From: Candidatus Limnocylindrales bacterium
Lineage (GTDB): Bacteria > Chloroflexota > Limnocylindria > Limnocylindrales > CSP1-4
DNA length: 64,000 bases
Assembly: GCA_050010635.1 (NCBI GenBank)
Contig: JBEKKR010000008.1
Coordinates: forward strand, 56,378-120,377
Reading direction: 5' to 3'
The notes beneath the pieces are model-generated. The model searched no databases. It was not told where the DNA came from and saw only the letters and a list, made by a program, of their open reading frames with translations. Shown one piece after another: positions 28,227 to 38,071 of this stretch; the first letter of the stretch is position 1; the number at the start of each line of letters is the position of its first letter. A program made the position numbers and the translations under genes.

Positions 28227-28243
28227 TCCGTTATGATACGGAA
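28226..28243. promoter_or_regulatory. Candidate TetR operator TTCCGT-TATGAT-ACGGAA (6-6-6 inverted repeat)
   Basis: Seen in sequence overlapping the TetR start codon and about 30 nt upstream of the divergent small ORF. Confidence 0.45.
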
Positions 28244-28274
28244 CGGATCGTATCCAGGCAAGGAGAATCCTGCA

Positions 28275-28508
28275 ATGACCATCACCGACCACCTGAGGGC
28301 GCTCGAGCGCATCGAATACGCCGAGAGTCAAATGCCGTTCTGCGTTTGCGGAAGGCCGATGACACCGGCCGGACGGCCCGACGGCATCTGGCTCGAGTGC
28401 ACTTCTCGCACAGAGCGGAGTAGCAGCCGCATCGGCCGAATCCTCTCGACGCTCTCGGATACCGGCCACAGCAGCCGGCTGATCATCGAGGCCGACGCCG
28501 CCGCCTGA
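28275..28508 (+). CDS. Small hypothetical protein (77 aa) divergent from TetR
   Basis: Strong RBS AAGGAG 7 nt before the ATG; MTITDHLRALERIEYAESQMPFCVCGRPMTPAGRPDGIWLECTSRTER...; coding-like GC3. Confidence 0.45.
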   Translation: MTITDHLRALERIEYAESQMPFCVCGRPMTPAGRPDGIWLECTSRTERSSSRIGRILSTLSDTGHSSRLIIEADAAA

Positions 28509-28822
28509 CGGCGAGCCGCCGCCTGCTGGAAGCAGGCCCTCGCTCGCGGTGCGGGTGAGATCAGTGATTCTGGCAGTCCACCCAGACGACCGGCGAGATG
28601 CCGCTGCCGCCCACCCACAGTGCCGCGGCCGCGATGCGTACCCCTTTGACGCCGGCTTTGCGCCAGACGTGGCCGGGCAGCGAGGACTTGAGGCCGAGAT
28701 AACAAGCTAGTGGGCCTATCGCCCCTATCCGTCGGCGAGCGCCTGCCGGGGCAGACGGCATCGGCCCGGCCGAGCGCGCGCCATGGCGGCCCGCGGCAGG
28801 CCCTCACACAGTTCGGACTCGG

Positions 28823-29863
28823 TCAGCCGATGCGGAACGACTCGAGGAACTTCGCCACGCTGGCGAGGTTCGCGCTGCCCGCCGCGCCGCCTGCTACGAC
28901 GCCGAAGGCCTGACTGCCGAATAGGAAGATCTCGCCCTTCTCGATGCTTCCGCCCTTCGTCAAGGTGAAGGAGAAGCCGGCATGCCCGGCCACGGTGATG
29001 CTCGCTATGTTCGAAACGGTTGGGTCGCCAATGGAATAGGGCTCGTAGTAGGCGAGCGTCTTCTCGAAGAACGCGACCAGATCGGGGCCTGAGTTGGGTG
29101 GCGTCTTGCCGACGAACGTGATGTGGTCGACCGCGAACACCAGCTGTGGGTTGGTCTCAGACCCGATCGTCCGGGAGGCGTTGGTCTCCATGTACTCATA
29201 TCCATCGGCCACAGACGCGGCCAGCGAAACGGATCCGCTGGTGTCGCCAGGAAAGTCGACAGAGAAGCCATCGCCTTTGTATGTTGTCCAGGTTGCGCTG
29301 AGCGATGCCACTTCGTCATCGCTCCCCACCATGACGATATCCCAGGGCGACTCGCCGGCTGCGTTGTAGGCGGACAGGGCCACGCACGACGGACCGTGCT
29401 CGCCCAGGTAGGGCACGTAGTAGGAGGCTTTGCCGCCCGGAATGGTGGCGACCGGGATTGCCAGGGACCCATTCTCGGGGCAGACGTACCAGCCCGAGGG
29501 CCCCGGCCCATCGATGTAGGCGCCGCCCACTTCACCTATGTAGACCCTGTATCCGTCCACCTGGCCCGCCGGTGGCGTCCAGTTCAGCGACAGGCAACCA
29601 TCGGACTCGGAGTCCTCGGCGGTGCAAGGAGCCGAATTGGTGAGCGATACGTCGTTCGCTGTCAGGTTCGCGGGCGCAGCCGGAGCGGCGAGTCCGGCCG
29701 ACGTGGGCGTCGCTGTTGAGCCTTGCGTCGCGGCAGGACCGAGCGTCGCGACCGACCCCGCCGGCGACGTTTGCTGCGCTCCATTCTGGGAGCAGGCGGC
29801 TCCGCCCAGAACCGCCAGCACGGCCACGACAGCACACCGCCCGACGAGAGAACTCCGGGGCAT
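28823..29863 (-). CDS. Secreted lipoprotein, hypothetical (FN3-like segment)
   Basis: Start at MPRSSLVGRCAVVAVLAVLGGAAC with RBS GGAGGAG; extracellular composition. Confidence 0.55.
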   Translation of the reverse strand: MPRSSLVGRCAVVAVLAVLGGAACSQNGAQQTSPAGSVATLGPAATQGSTATPTSAGLAAPAAPANLTANDVSLTNSAPCTAEDSESDGCLSLNWTPPAGQVDGYRVYIGEVGGAYIDGPGPSGWYVCPENGSLAIPVATIPGGKASYYVPYLGEHGPSCVALSAYNAAGESPWDIVMVGSDDEVASLSATWTTYKGDGFSVDFPGDTSGSVSLAASVADGYEYMETNASRTIGSETNPQLVFAVDHITFVGKTPPNSGPDLVAFFEKTLAYYEPYSIGDPTVSNIASITVAGHAGFSFTLTKGGSIEKGEIFLFGSQAFGVVAGGAAGSANLASVAKFLESFRIG

Positions 29864-30089
29864 AGCAGTCTCCTCCCCATCTCCTCCGTCGAGATTCAGC
29901 GCCATTCTAGGCTTCGGCTGTCTGAATGGACGGTGATTGTCGATGTCACGACCACGGCGGCGACCAGCGCGGCCAGCAACTTCCTCGACATGCTCGTGTC
30001 TCCCCTCGAACGCACGCAGGGCCAACCCCGAGAAGATCGCTTCGAAGCCCCTTGCCCGTCAAGGAGGCACCTGGCGTACGAGGCCTGCT

Positions 30090-30311
30090 TCAGGCGCGGT
30101 TGAGTTTGACAGTGCCGGTCGCAGCGCCGCTGCCGGCGACGAAGTCGACCGTGCAGCTCATCGAGATCGTGTTGCTCCCGGTGAAGGTTCCCATGATCTC
30201 GACCTTCGAGATCACGCCGGCCATGGCCGCGTCTGCGGCCGAGACCGAGGTCAAGGCCAGCATCGATGCCAGCATCGCGGCCACGCCGAACCTGGCAAGC
30301 CTTGCTCCCAC
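30090..30311 (-). CDS. Small secreted protein candidate (about 73 aa)
   Basis: GTG start preceded by GGAGGT; signal-peptide-like ARLARFGVAAMLASMLALTSVSAADA then a 45-aa mature part. Confidence 0.4.
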   Translation of the reverse strand: MGARLARFGVAAMLASMLALTSVSAADAAMAGVISKVEIMGTFTGSNTISMSCTVDFVAGSGAATGTVKLNRA

Positions 30312-30492
30312 AGGAAGACCTCCGTGGCGCGTTTCCCCACGCGCATGCTCGGAGGGTCGGGTTACGTCAGTGGCTCGGCGCAGCCCGAGACCGTCATGAC
30401 AAATGGACCGCGCGTCATCGCCTCTCTCGCTGGGGGCAATCCTAGTGACGGCGACCCAGCGGTACAACTCCCAGCGTCAACACGAGAAGCCG

Positions 30493-31035
30493 TTAGTCCG
30501 CTTGGCTGCGATTCTTGCGTCTTCGCAGAACCAAGAACCAGAGACCGCCGGCCAGCAAGCCGGCTCCGGCGATGCCGCCCCCAACGACCGGGAGTGGCGG
30601 CGCGCTGGAGTCGTGGGATGCGTCGGGCAGTGGCTGCGGCGTAGCGCTCGCTACCGGAGTCGGTGTCGCGGTCGGATCGGGCGTTGGGGTCGGGGTGGCG
30701 GTGGGCGCCGGGGTCGGTTCGGGAGTCGGCGCGGGCGTCGGTTCCGGGGTCGGCGTAGGAGTAGGCGTCGGCTTGGGCGTCGGCTTGGGCGTCGGCTTGG
30801 GCGTCGGCTTGGGCGTCGGCTTGGGCGTCGGCTTCTTGGTCGGCACCGGCGTCGGCGGCCTGGGCGTGGCCGTGGCCGAGGGAGACGGAGACGGCAGGAC
30901 GGCCACCGCGGGCACGGCGCCGTAGTCTCCGCTCGAGCCTGTGTTCGTGGTCGCCTGCGCAGGAGCCCACGACGAGACGGCCAGGATCAATGCCGCCGTA
31001 CCGGCGACCGACGCAATCGTCGAGCGCTTCATCAT
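30493..31035 (-). CDS. Pro/Thr-repeat surface protein with C-terminal TM anchor and basic tail
   Basis: Signal peptide [28 protein letters not shown]; (PTPK)n/(PTPE)n repeats; C-terminus [34 protein letters not shown] resembles a sorting/anchor signal. Confidence 0.55.
   Translation of the reverse strand: MMKRSTIASVAGTAALILAVSSWAPAQATTNTGSSGDYGAVPAVAVLPSPSPSATATPRPPTPVPTKKPTPKPTPKPTPKPTPKPTPKPTPTPTPTPEPTPAPTPEPTPAPTATPTPTPDPTATPTPVASATPQPLPDASHDSSAPPLPVVGGGIAGAGLLAGGLWFLVLRRRKNRSQAD
30765..30832. repeat. Perfect 12-nt tandem repeat (CGTCGGCTTGGG x about 5.5) encoding the PKPT repeat
   Basis: Seen directly in sequence inside the PT-repeat gene. Confidence 0.8.
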
Positions 31036-31183
31036 TTCCTCGGTTCTCCCGCCCACGGGCGTGTTGCCCTGCCCATACGGAGGGGCACGCTCCCGGACCA
31101 TACGTTCCCCGGCGGGATTGCCAACGGGCCCTTTTGGCCCATGGCCTGCCGTAACTGGTACCGATCCGGCGTGGTCGCGCCGC

Positions 31184-31381
31184 TCACTCCTCGGGTGGCG
31201 GGACTTCCTTCACGGGATCCTCCGCCCGGCCGGCCGGCAGCCGGCCGGAGGTCTGCAGGGAGCCGCGCAGCAGGAACTCGATCTCGGCGTTGAGACTCCG
31301 AAGGTCGTCGCCGGCCCACTTGCGCAGGGCGGCGAAGACGTCCGGGTCGAGCCTCAACAAGAACGGGACACGTTCGGCCAT
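31184..31381 (-). CDS. Arc-family ribbon-helix-helix DNA-binding protein
   Basis: [36 protein letters not shown] matches the Arc-like RHH signature (RLP..L...L...A....RS.NAEI). Confidence 0.6.
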   Translation of the reverse strand: MAERVPFLLRLDPDVFAALRKWAGDDLRSLNAEIEFLLRGSLQTSGRLPAGRAEDPVKEVPPPEE

Positions 31382-31456
31382 CTCAGCGACCTCTCGGGAG
31401 TGGGCGGCCGGCTCCCGCCGGCCGCCTCAGGCCCTTGCGAATTCGCAGAATGCCGC

Positions 31457-32377
31457 TCATCCCTGGTAGAGGGTTCCGGCGTTGACCACGGGCTGGGTCT
31501 CGTGCTCGCTGCAGAGGACGACCAGCAGGTTGCTAACCATCGCCGCCTTACGCTCCTCGTCGAGGTTGACGATGCGCTTCTCGCTAAGTTGAGCGAGGGC
31601 CATCTCCACCATGCTCACGGCGCCTTCCACGATCCGAGTCCGGGCCGCGATGACGGCGTTGGCTTGCTGGCGGCGGAGCATCGCGTTGGCGATCTCGGGC
31701 GCGTACGCCAGATGGCTCAGGCGCGCGTCGGTGACCTCGATGCCGGCCAGCGCCAGGCGGCTCTGGATCTCGATCGAAACCTTCTCGCCGATCTCGTGCG
31801 GATTGCCTCGAAGCGAGATCTCGCCGTCGACGTGGGAGTCGTACGGATACGAGGTGGCGACGGTCCGGATCGCGGCTTCGGTCTGGACCTTCAGGAACTG
31901 CTCGTAGTCGTCGACCTGGAACAGCGCCTCGGCCGTCTCGACGATCTTCCAGACGACGACAGCCGCGATCTCGATCGGGTTGCCGTCGCGGTCGTTGACC
32001 TTGAGGCGAGCGCTCTCGAAGTTGCGAACCTTGATCGAGATCTTCTTGCGCGGGTAGGCGAACGGATTGATCCACCAGAAGCCCTGGGAGCGGAGGGTGC
32101 CCTTGTAGCGCCCCACGAGAACGATGGCGCGGGCCTCATTGGGCGCCACGGCCGTGAAGCCCGCGTACAGGATCCAGTGAAGCAGGTACGCGATCACCAT
32201 GACGGTGAAGAGGACCCATTGCTCCACGATGAACGTGGGATCCAGGACCGCCAGCGCCACGAAGCCAACGGTCATCGCGACGGACACAACGATCAGCGCA
32301 AACAGACTAGGCCAGCCCGGCAGCGCGAATGCCGGCTTCTCCTTGATCATGGACGTGGAGCCTCCTTTCAGGTTCAC
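31457..32377 (-). CDS. SPFH/band-7 (stomatin/prohibitin-like) membrane protein
   Basis: N-terminal TM then an SPFH core ([32 protein letters not shown] ...) and a C-terminal coiled-coil. Confidence 0.8.
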   Translation of the reverse strand: MNLKGGSTSMIKEKPAFALPGWPSLFALIVVSVAMTVGFVALAVLDPTFIVEQWVLFTVMVIAYLLHWILYAGFTAVAPNEARAIVLVGRYKGTLRSQGFWWINPFAYPRKKISIKVRNFESARLKVNDRDGNPIEIAAVVVWKIVETAEALFQVDDYEQFLKVQTEAAIRTVATSYPYDSHVDGEISLRGNPHEIGEKVSIEIQSRLALAGIEVTDARLSHLAYAPEIANAMLRRQQANAVIAARTRIVEGAVSMVEMALAQLSEKRIVNLDEERKAAMVSNLLVVLCSEHETQPVVNAGTLYQG

Positions 32378-32521
32378 GACTGCATGATATCACGAAGATA
32401 TCGCAGTGATAGCCCGAATGGCATAGATCGGGCGCCTCGAACGGACTGATCGGTTGGGCGCCCGGGCCCGGCTGAAGAGGCCCGAACGACCGAACGAACG
32501 GCGGCTCGCACGAATCGGAAA

Positions 32522-32552
32522 GCGGCCGCCGGGTCGATCGCCCGACGGCCGC
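32522..32552 (-). terminator. Hairpin GCGGCCG...CGGCCGC followed by a TTTCC tract, downstream of the SRPBCC gene
   Basis: Seen in sequence 20 nt after the stop of the 32573-33625 gene. Confidence 0.4.
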
Positions 32553-32572
32553 TCTTGATTCGAGTAGATGGG

Positions 32573-33625
32573 CTAGGCGCGGGCCAGCGCCTCGGCGAGG
32601 TAGCGGTCCAGCTTGTCGAAGGTTCCGGCGAAACCGCCCTGCATTCCTGCGCTCCCTGCTTCGAAGGCCTGGAGCTCCTCCGCGGTCGCGTTGATGGGCC
32701 CGCCGCGGAGGGTCAGAGTCGTCTTGCCGCCGTGCTCGGTCAGCGTCAGCGTGTTGAGGATCTCCAGCGGCCACGTGGCGATCCAGGGGTTGCGGGTCAG
32801 CCCGCCGGCCGCGTCGGAGAACGAGTTGACGAAGACGATCCGCTCCGTCGGCACGACCTCGCGGTAGGCGAAGAGGCCCCACATCAGCGGGCCGTTTGGT
32901 GTCTTCATGCTGTAGTGGAAGACGCCGCCCGGGCGCAGGTCCAGCCTGGCGACCCGGATCTCGCTGCCCTTAGGACCCCACCACCGAGCCAGCCGGTCGG
33001 GCTCCGTCCAGGCCTTCCAGACCAGGTCACGCGGCGCGTCGAACTCGCGGGTCACGACCAGCTGGGCCGATGCCGTGCCTGCTGCGGCCGGCCCGCCCGC
33101 TGTTCTGGCCGCGCTTGCCGCCGAGACCGCCGCCCCGCCGCCCCGCAGCCCGGCGAGCAGCTCGTCGAGGCGGTCGAAGCTCTCGGCCTCGCCGCGCTCC
33201 ATGCCCGAGGCGATCATCCCGTCTCGGGCTTCCTTGGAGCCGAAGAGCAGGTTCTGAGAAAGGGCCGTCCTGCCGTCCGTCTCGGTGAGCGTCGTGGTGA
33301 CGACCACTTCCTGATCCGCGATCGGTTCGTAGATCTGGGTGAAGACGATCCGTTCCGGTGCGGCGATCTCGCGATAGACGCCGTTGAAGCCGTGAATCGA
33401 ACCGTCCGGTGCCCGCTGGACGAAGCGGTACCTGCCGCCCGGCCGCAGGTCCATGCTGCATTCGATCAGGTCGAAGCCGCGCGGGCCCCACCAGTTCTTC
33501 ATGTGCTCGCAGTTGGACCAGGCCTCGAAGACGAGGATCCGCGGCGCATCGAAGGCGCGGGTGACCGAGATCTCCCGATCGGAGACGAGCGTGAGTGTCA
33601 TGCGGTGGGCGATCTTCTGAATCAT
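32573..33625 (-). CDS. Tandem SRPBCC (AHSA1/Aha1-like) domain protein
   Basis: Two copies of the WWGPxGxxxxxxxxDLRPGGxxxY motif separated by a Gly/Ala-rich linker. Confidence 0.75.
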   Translation of the reverse strand: MIQKIAHRMTLTLVSDREISVTRAFDAPRILVFEAWSNCEHMKNWWGPRGFDLIECSMDLRPGGRYRFVQRAPDGSIHGFNGVYREIAAPERIVFTQIYEPIADQEVVVTTTLTETDGRTALSQNLLFGSKEARDGMIASGMERGEAESFDRLDELLAGLRGGGAAVSAASAARTAGGPAAAGTASAQLVVTREFDAPRDLVWKAWTEPDRLARWWGPKGSEIRVARLDLRPGGVFHYSMKTPNGPLMWGLFAYREVVPTERIVFVNSFSDAAGGLTRNPWIATWPLEILNTLTLTEHGGKTTLTLRGGPINATAEELQAFEAGSAGMQGGFAGTFDKLDRYLAEALARA

Positions 33626-33734
33626 CGGTTCGTCCCTTGTCTATCGGTTCGAGGTTGGGGAGGCGCGCCGGAGCTCGGCCTCCAGGTTGTCGAGGAGTTC
33701 ACGCGTGCCGCGCTCGCGTTCTGCAGTCGCGACG

Positions 33735-34097
33735 CTAGGGGTTTGCGTTGTCACGATTGTTCTCCTGTGCCTGGAGCTCCCGGAGGTAGTCGTCGAGCCG
33801 GTCGAAGCTCTCCTCCCAGAAGCGGCGGTACTGCTCGACCCAGGCGGCGACGTTTCGAAGAGGCTCGGCCTCGAGCCGGCACGGACGCCACTGGGCTTCG
33901 CGGCCCTGCTCGATGAGTCCGGCCCGCTGCAGCACGCGGAGGTGCTTGGAAACGCCGGGGAGGCTCATGTCGAACGGGGCGGCGAGCTGCGTCACCGTTG
34001 CCTCACCGAGCGCGAGTCGGGCCAGGATGGCCCGCCGCGTCGGATCGGCCAAAGCTGCGAAGGTGGCGCTGAGGGGGTCGGGGCGGTAGGTGTTCAT
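33735..34097 (-). CDS. ArsR/SmtB-family metalloregulator-type transcription factor
   Basis: LADPTRRAILARLALGEATVTQLAAPFDMSLPGVSKHLRVLQRAGLI; commonly paired with AHSA1-like genes. Confidence 0.8.
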   Translation of the reverse strand: MNTYRPDPLSATFAALADPTRRAILARLALGEATVTQLAAPFDMSLPGVSKHLRVLQRAGLIEQGREAQWRPCRLEAEPLRNVAAWVEQYRRFWEESFDRLDDYLRELQAQENNRDNANP

Positions 34098-34199
34098 TGC
34101 TCGCTTAACTACTTGGTTATATAACCCACCGGCAAAGTACGACCCACGCGGCCCCCAGTCAATGACGTTGCGCCGGGCGGTCCGGCCTGCGGCGCGCGC

Positions 34200-35195
34200 T
34201 CAGACGATGCCGAGCGGCCTCTCGATGGCGGCGTCGGGTCGGAGTCGGCGGTCAACGAGGACGCGGATCACGTAGTTGATCTCGAGACCCGCGCCGTCGA
34301 AGGAGGGCGCGGAACCAGGCGGCACGAGCAGCCGGGCCTGGGCCGCACCGCTCGCCAGGTCCCCCGGCGAGACAGGCTGCGAGGCGAGGATGCCTTCCAC
34401 GCCGTTGGGGGCATTGGTGCGGCGGTGGAGCTCGATGCGCGCACCCTGGCCCTGCGGGGCCGACGGCCAGCTCACCCTGACGGCGACCTCCTGGCCGGAC
34501 GGGACGGGAAGCGGCGATTCCACGCTTATCGTGGCGTCGCCCACGGGAACCCCGGCCATGAGGCTGGCACCGCCCTGCTTGCCGACGCCGGCGCGCAGGA
34601 GATCGGGGTTCTGAGCCAGCGGCATGAAGACGGCCAGGAAATGGTCCGAGCCCATGGCGATGTCCCAGCGGACCTCCAGGGCCCAGGCGATGATCGACTC
34701 GCCCAGGTGGGCCGACGGCGGGCCCAGCTGCGGTGCCGGGACGGCGAAGCTCGACTCCCAGGTCTCGCCGGCGGCGAGGTTCGTCGGGATCGGCGGCTCG
34801 AGGAAGGCGTCGTGGGAGAAGAGGTTGCCGCTGGTTTCGACCCAGCGCTCGGTGTAGGTGACCTCGCCCTTCGAGTTGTGATGCTCCTCGGAGCGGCGCA
34901 CCTCGTCCAACCTCAACCCGACGAGCCGCAGGTAGGCCTTGCGCGACGAAATGGCCATGGTCGCGGTGAACTTGATGTGCCCGGTAATGCCGTCTCCGAT
35001 GCGGGCGGGATGATCGAGCGCGATCTGGCCGGCCAGCGCGCCGTCGGTGGGCCGCAGGAGTTCCTCGGCGGCGACCGAGTGGAGCGGATGGCTTCCCTCC
35101 GGGCCGGCCAGCCGCGGGCCGTTGAGCGCGTCGAAGGGCGACGGGGCCGAGCCGCTGTGGCCGCCTACGAGTCCGAACCCGATGTTCATCACCAT
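34200..35195 (-). CDS. Hypothetical protein (332 aa)
   Basis: Start MVMNIG with RBS GGGAGG; coding-like composition; no confident family assignment. Confidence 0.5.
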   Translation of the reverse strand: MVMNIGFGLVGGHSGSAPSPFDALNGPRLAGPEGSHPLHSVAAEELLRPTDGALAGQIALDHPARIGDGITGHIKFTATMAISSRKAYLRLVGLRLDEVRRSEEHHNSKGEVTYTERWVETSGNLFSHDAFLEPPIPTNLAAGETWESSFAVPAPQLGPPSAHLGESIIAWALEVRWDIAMGSDHFLAVFMPLAQNPDLLRAGVGKQGGASLMAGVPVGDATISVESPLPVPSGQEVAVRVSWPSAPQGQGARIELHRRTNAPNGVEGILASQPVSPGDLASGAAQARLLVPPGSAPSFDGAGLEINYVIRVLVDRRLRPDAAIERPLGIV

Positions 35196-35448
35196 CGAAA
35201 GCCTCCCGGCATGAAGGGGTCGGAGCTGGCGCCCGACGCCGGCCCGCCGCTCGAATACTAGGCTCACGGGCGGTGTCGCGAGGGTCGATCCAGCGATGCG
35301 CACCGCCGCACCGCCGCTCGACTCCCTTGCGTTGCCGGCCGCGATATGGTCAGTATCAAGTCATCCGAAACACTGACCGGATGCTGGGATAGTCGTAGAC
35401 GGGTCAGGCTGGCCCGACCGGCGGGCGAAGGTTGTCGGCCCTCCCTGT

Positions 35449-36570
35449 CTATCGCAGCGTTCGAGCCGCGTACGTCTCCAATCGCTCGAGAGCGGCGGGC
35501 ATGTTCGTCCGCCCGAAGCCGATCCGGAAGTGATTGCCGGTATCGGCGAAGACCGTGCCGGGCAGGATGAGCGTGCCCGTCTCGGCGACGAGATCCTCGG
35601 CGAAGCGGTCGATCGGCACGTCGCGCACGAGGCGCGGGAAACCGATGCTGCCGCCCCGCGGCCGGACCCACTCGAAGGTCCCGGCCCAGCACTCGAAGAA
35701 CGCATCCAGGAGCGGCATGTTGGCCTCGACGATAGCCCGGTTGCGCGCCAGGACCCGATCGCGAGCTCGCAGCGCGATCAGGGCGAGCACCTCGGCCGGG
35801 GCCGAGTTGCAGATCGTGGTGTAGTCCTTGAACGCGGCCAGCCGCGCCAGCAGGTCCCGGTCGCGCGTCGCGACCCAGCCGATCCGGAGTCCGGCCAGGG
35901 CGAACGACTTGGACATGACGCCGATGCTGACCCCGGTCGGGGAGGTGTCGGCGCCGGCGGGCAGCCTGTCGGCCGGATCGAACTCCAGGAATCGATAGAC
36001 CTCGTCCACGATGAGCCTCGCGCCGGACTCGGCCGCCAGCTCGGCCAGCCCCCGGAAGGTCGCCCGATCGCTCAGCGAGCCGGTCGGGTTGTGAGGCTCG
36101 TTGACCAGGATCAGCCTCGTGTTGGGATGCAGCGCCGCACGGACCTCATCCACGTCGAGCCGCCAGCCGTCGGCCTCGCGCAGGGCCACGCGGGTGAGCG
36201 CCGCCCCTGCCGACCGAGCCACCTCGGCCAGGGACTGATAGGCCGGTTGGACCACGACCGCGTGATCCCCCGGCCCGAGCAGCACGTTGTGGAGCGCAAA
36301 GATCGCCTCCTCGGCGCCGGCGAAGACGAGCACGTCGTCCGGCGCGACTCGCTCGTACAACCCTGCGATCACCGCGCGGAGGGACGGATCGCCCGGCGAT
36401 TCCGTGTATCCGAGGCGCAGATCCGCCCATCGCCGCCTGCCATCCTCGTCGGCCAGGGCGAGCAAGTCGGCCATCGGCCAGCCTTCGACGTCCGATGCGC
36501 ACAGGAGCAGCTCGGCCCTGAATTCCCATCGGGCGAAGAACCGCTCGAGGGCGAAGTCTCGCAATCGCAT
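35449..36570 (-). CDS. PLP-dependent aminotransferase (class I/II fold)
   Basis: SKSFALAGLRIGW Schiff-base lysine region, NEPHNPTG, and overall fold-type I aminotransferase similarity. Confidence 0.8.
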   Translation of the reverse strand: MRLRDFALERFFARWEFRAELLLCASDVEGWPMADLLALADEDGRRRWADLRLGYTESPGDPSLRAVIAGLYERVAPDDVLVFAGAEEAIFALHNVLLGPGDHAVVVQPAYQSLAEVARSAGAALTRVALREADGWRLDVDEVRAALHPNTRLILVNEPHNPTGSLSDRATFRGLAELAAESGARLIVDEVYRFLEFDPADRLPAGADTSPTGVSIGVMSKSFALAGLRIGWVATRDRDLLARLAAFKDYTTICNSAPAEVLALIALRARDRVLARNRAIVEANMPLLDAFFECWAGTFEWVRPRGGSIGFPRLVRDVPIDRFAEDLVAETGTLILPGTVFADTGNHFRIGFGRTNMPAALERLETYAARTLR

Positions 36571-36637
36571 CGAATCTCCCAGGCAGGTATTCGTACGGTA
36601 CCTAATCGAAGCCAGATAGGGGCATCCCGCCGGAGGG

Positions 36638-37138
36638 TCAGCCGCCAGGCTGATCGGGCTTGAGCTCCAGGTAGTTGCCGGCCCGGAAGCCCATCGATTC
36701 GTAGAGCGGCCTGCCCTCGTCGCTGGCTCGGAGCCAGACCCGGCGCACGCCGGCCAGCCTGGCTTCCTCCACCAGCCGCTCCATGAGGGCCCGCGCGAGC
36801 CCCAGGCGGCGCGCCTCCGGTCGGGTGTAGACGTTGAGGATGTAGGCCTCTTTGCCGATCGGATTGAGCGGGCCGGGCGGATGAGCGAACCAGATCAGGC
36901 CGGCAGAGGCGACGGGCCGGCCGTCGAGCTCGGCGATCCAGGCGAAGAAGTCGCGGTCCAGGTGCTCGGCGACCCAGCGCTCGTTGTCACGGCGGAGGGA
37001 CTCCGGACGGGGCGTCAGCCCGGCCTCCGCGCCGGATATGTCGTCGAACATGGCGAGTCTGAACTCCACGATCGTCGCCAGGTCCGAGGGCACGGCCGGT
37101 CGAATCGAAACGCGGCCGGCGTCGAGCTGCGCTGTCAT
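36638..37138 (-). CDS. GNAT-family N-acetyltransferase
   Basis: RRLGLARALMERLVEEARLAGVRRVWL acetyl-CoA-binding motif. Confidence 0.8.
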   Translation of the reverse strand: MTAQLDAGRVSIRPAVPSDLATIVEFRLAMFDDISGAEAGLTPRPESLRRDNERWVAEHLDRDFFAWIAELDGRPVASAGLIWFAHPPGPLNPIGKEAYILNVYTRPEARRLGLARALMERLVEEARLAGVRRVWLRASDEGRPLYESMGFRAGNYLELKPDQPGG

Positions 37139-37190
37139 GCCCAGATATTGCGCGCTCGTGGCCGGCCGCGTCCGACGGGATCGCAGCGAA

Positions 37191-37832
37191 TTACTTGATG
37201 GTCAGCGTCCCGTCCGAGACGACGTCGCCTTTCGAACTCGTCAGCTTGAACTCGTACACCCCGGGCGCCAGGTCGCCCAGATTGGCGTTGGACTCTACGC
37301 AGTCCACCCCGTTCGATTGATCCGCGGTCAGCGTGCTGGTGTCGAGCACGGACCCGTCCTTGATGATCGTCAGGGTCACCGTTTCGCCGGTCAGTCGCGA
37401 CTTGTAGAAGAAGTTGGCGTAGACGGGCGTCCCGGTTGTGACCGTCGTCACCTGGTTGCCCAGGTCGCATGTCGCGGCGCCCGAAGCCGTCGGCGCGTCC
37501 GTCGTGAAGATGACCTGTCCGCCGTGCTTGGGGCTGAGCACATAGCCGATCACGCCGAGGACGACCAGGGCGATGACCACGACGCCGACGCCGATGATGA
37601 TTCGCTTCCCGATGCTGCTCTTGGGGGCGGCGGTGGGTGCGGGAGCGCCCCAGGCCGGAGGTGGAGCGCCGTAGGGGGCCGGCGGAGCGCCATACGGCGC
37701 GGGCGGTGCCCCGTATGGGGACGGCGGGGGAGGAGGCGGGGCGCCGTAGCCGGGCTGGTCGGGGGCCGGAGGCGGACCCCATACCGGCGGCGTGGGTCCA
37801 CCGGGGGTCTGGCCGGGGTTGTTGGGGTCCAT
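37191..37832 (-). CDS. Pro-rich N-terminus / single-TM / extracellular beta-rich domain protein (copy 1)
   Basis: PPAPYGAPPAPYG repeats, TM IIIGVGVVVIALVVLGVIGYVL, C-terminal ...GVYEFKLTSSKGDVVSDGTLTIK. Confidence 0.55.
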   Translation of the reverse strand: MDPNNPGQTPGGPTPPVWGPPPAPDQPGYGAPPPPPPSPYGAPPAPYGAPPAPYGAPPPAWGAPAPTAAPKSSIGKRIIIGVGVVVIALVVLGVIGYVLSPKHGGQVIFTTDAPTASGAATCDLGNQVTTVTTGTPVYANFFYKSRLTGETVTLTIIKDGSVLDTSTLTADQSNGVDCVESNANLGDLAPGVYEFKLTSSKGDVVSDGTLTIK

Positions 37833-38071
37833 GCGAGCCTCTCTTTAGCTGAGATGTCGCGCCCAGTATTGCCGATGGCGCGGGGCGAGCCTAGTCCCAG
37901 AAGCGGCCCCGAATCGGGGGTTTCGCTTGCCGGTCCGGCTCTTCGGGCAGCCGGAGCCGTGGACTGCGACCGGAACCTTGCCGGGCGACGGCGGCGGGCA
38001 GTCGTGTTGCGCTGCCATGCCCGGGTTATGAGCGCTCGTGGCCGGCTGTGTCCGACCCGATCGCGGGCCGG

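Noticed and set aside
32555-33916. 453-aa plus-strand ORF
   Set aside because: Antisense to the tandem SRPBCC gene and ArsR gene; low-complexity composition.
35530-36663. 377-aa plus-strand ORF
   Set aside because: Antisense to the PLP aminotransferase, which has a canonical Lys-containing motif; shadow frame.
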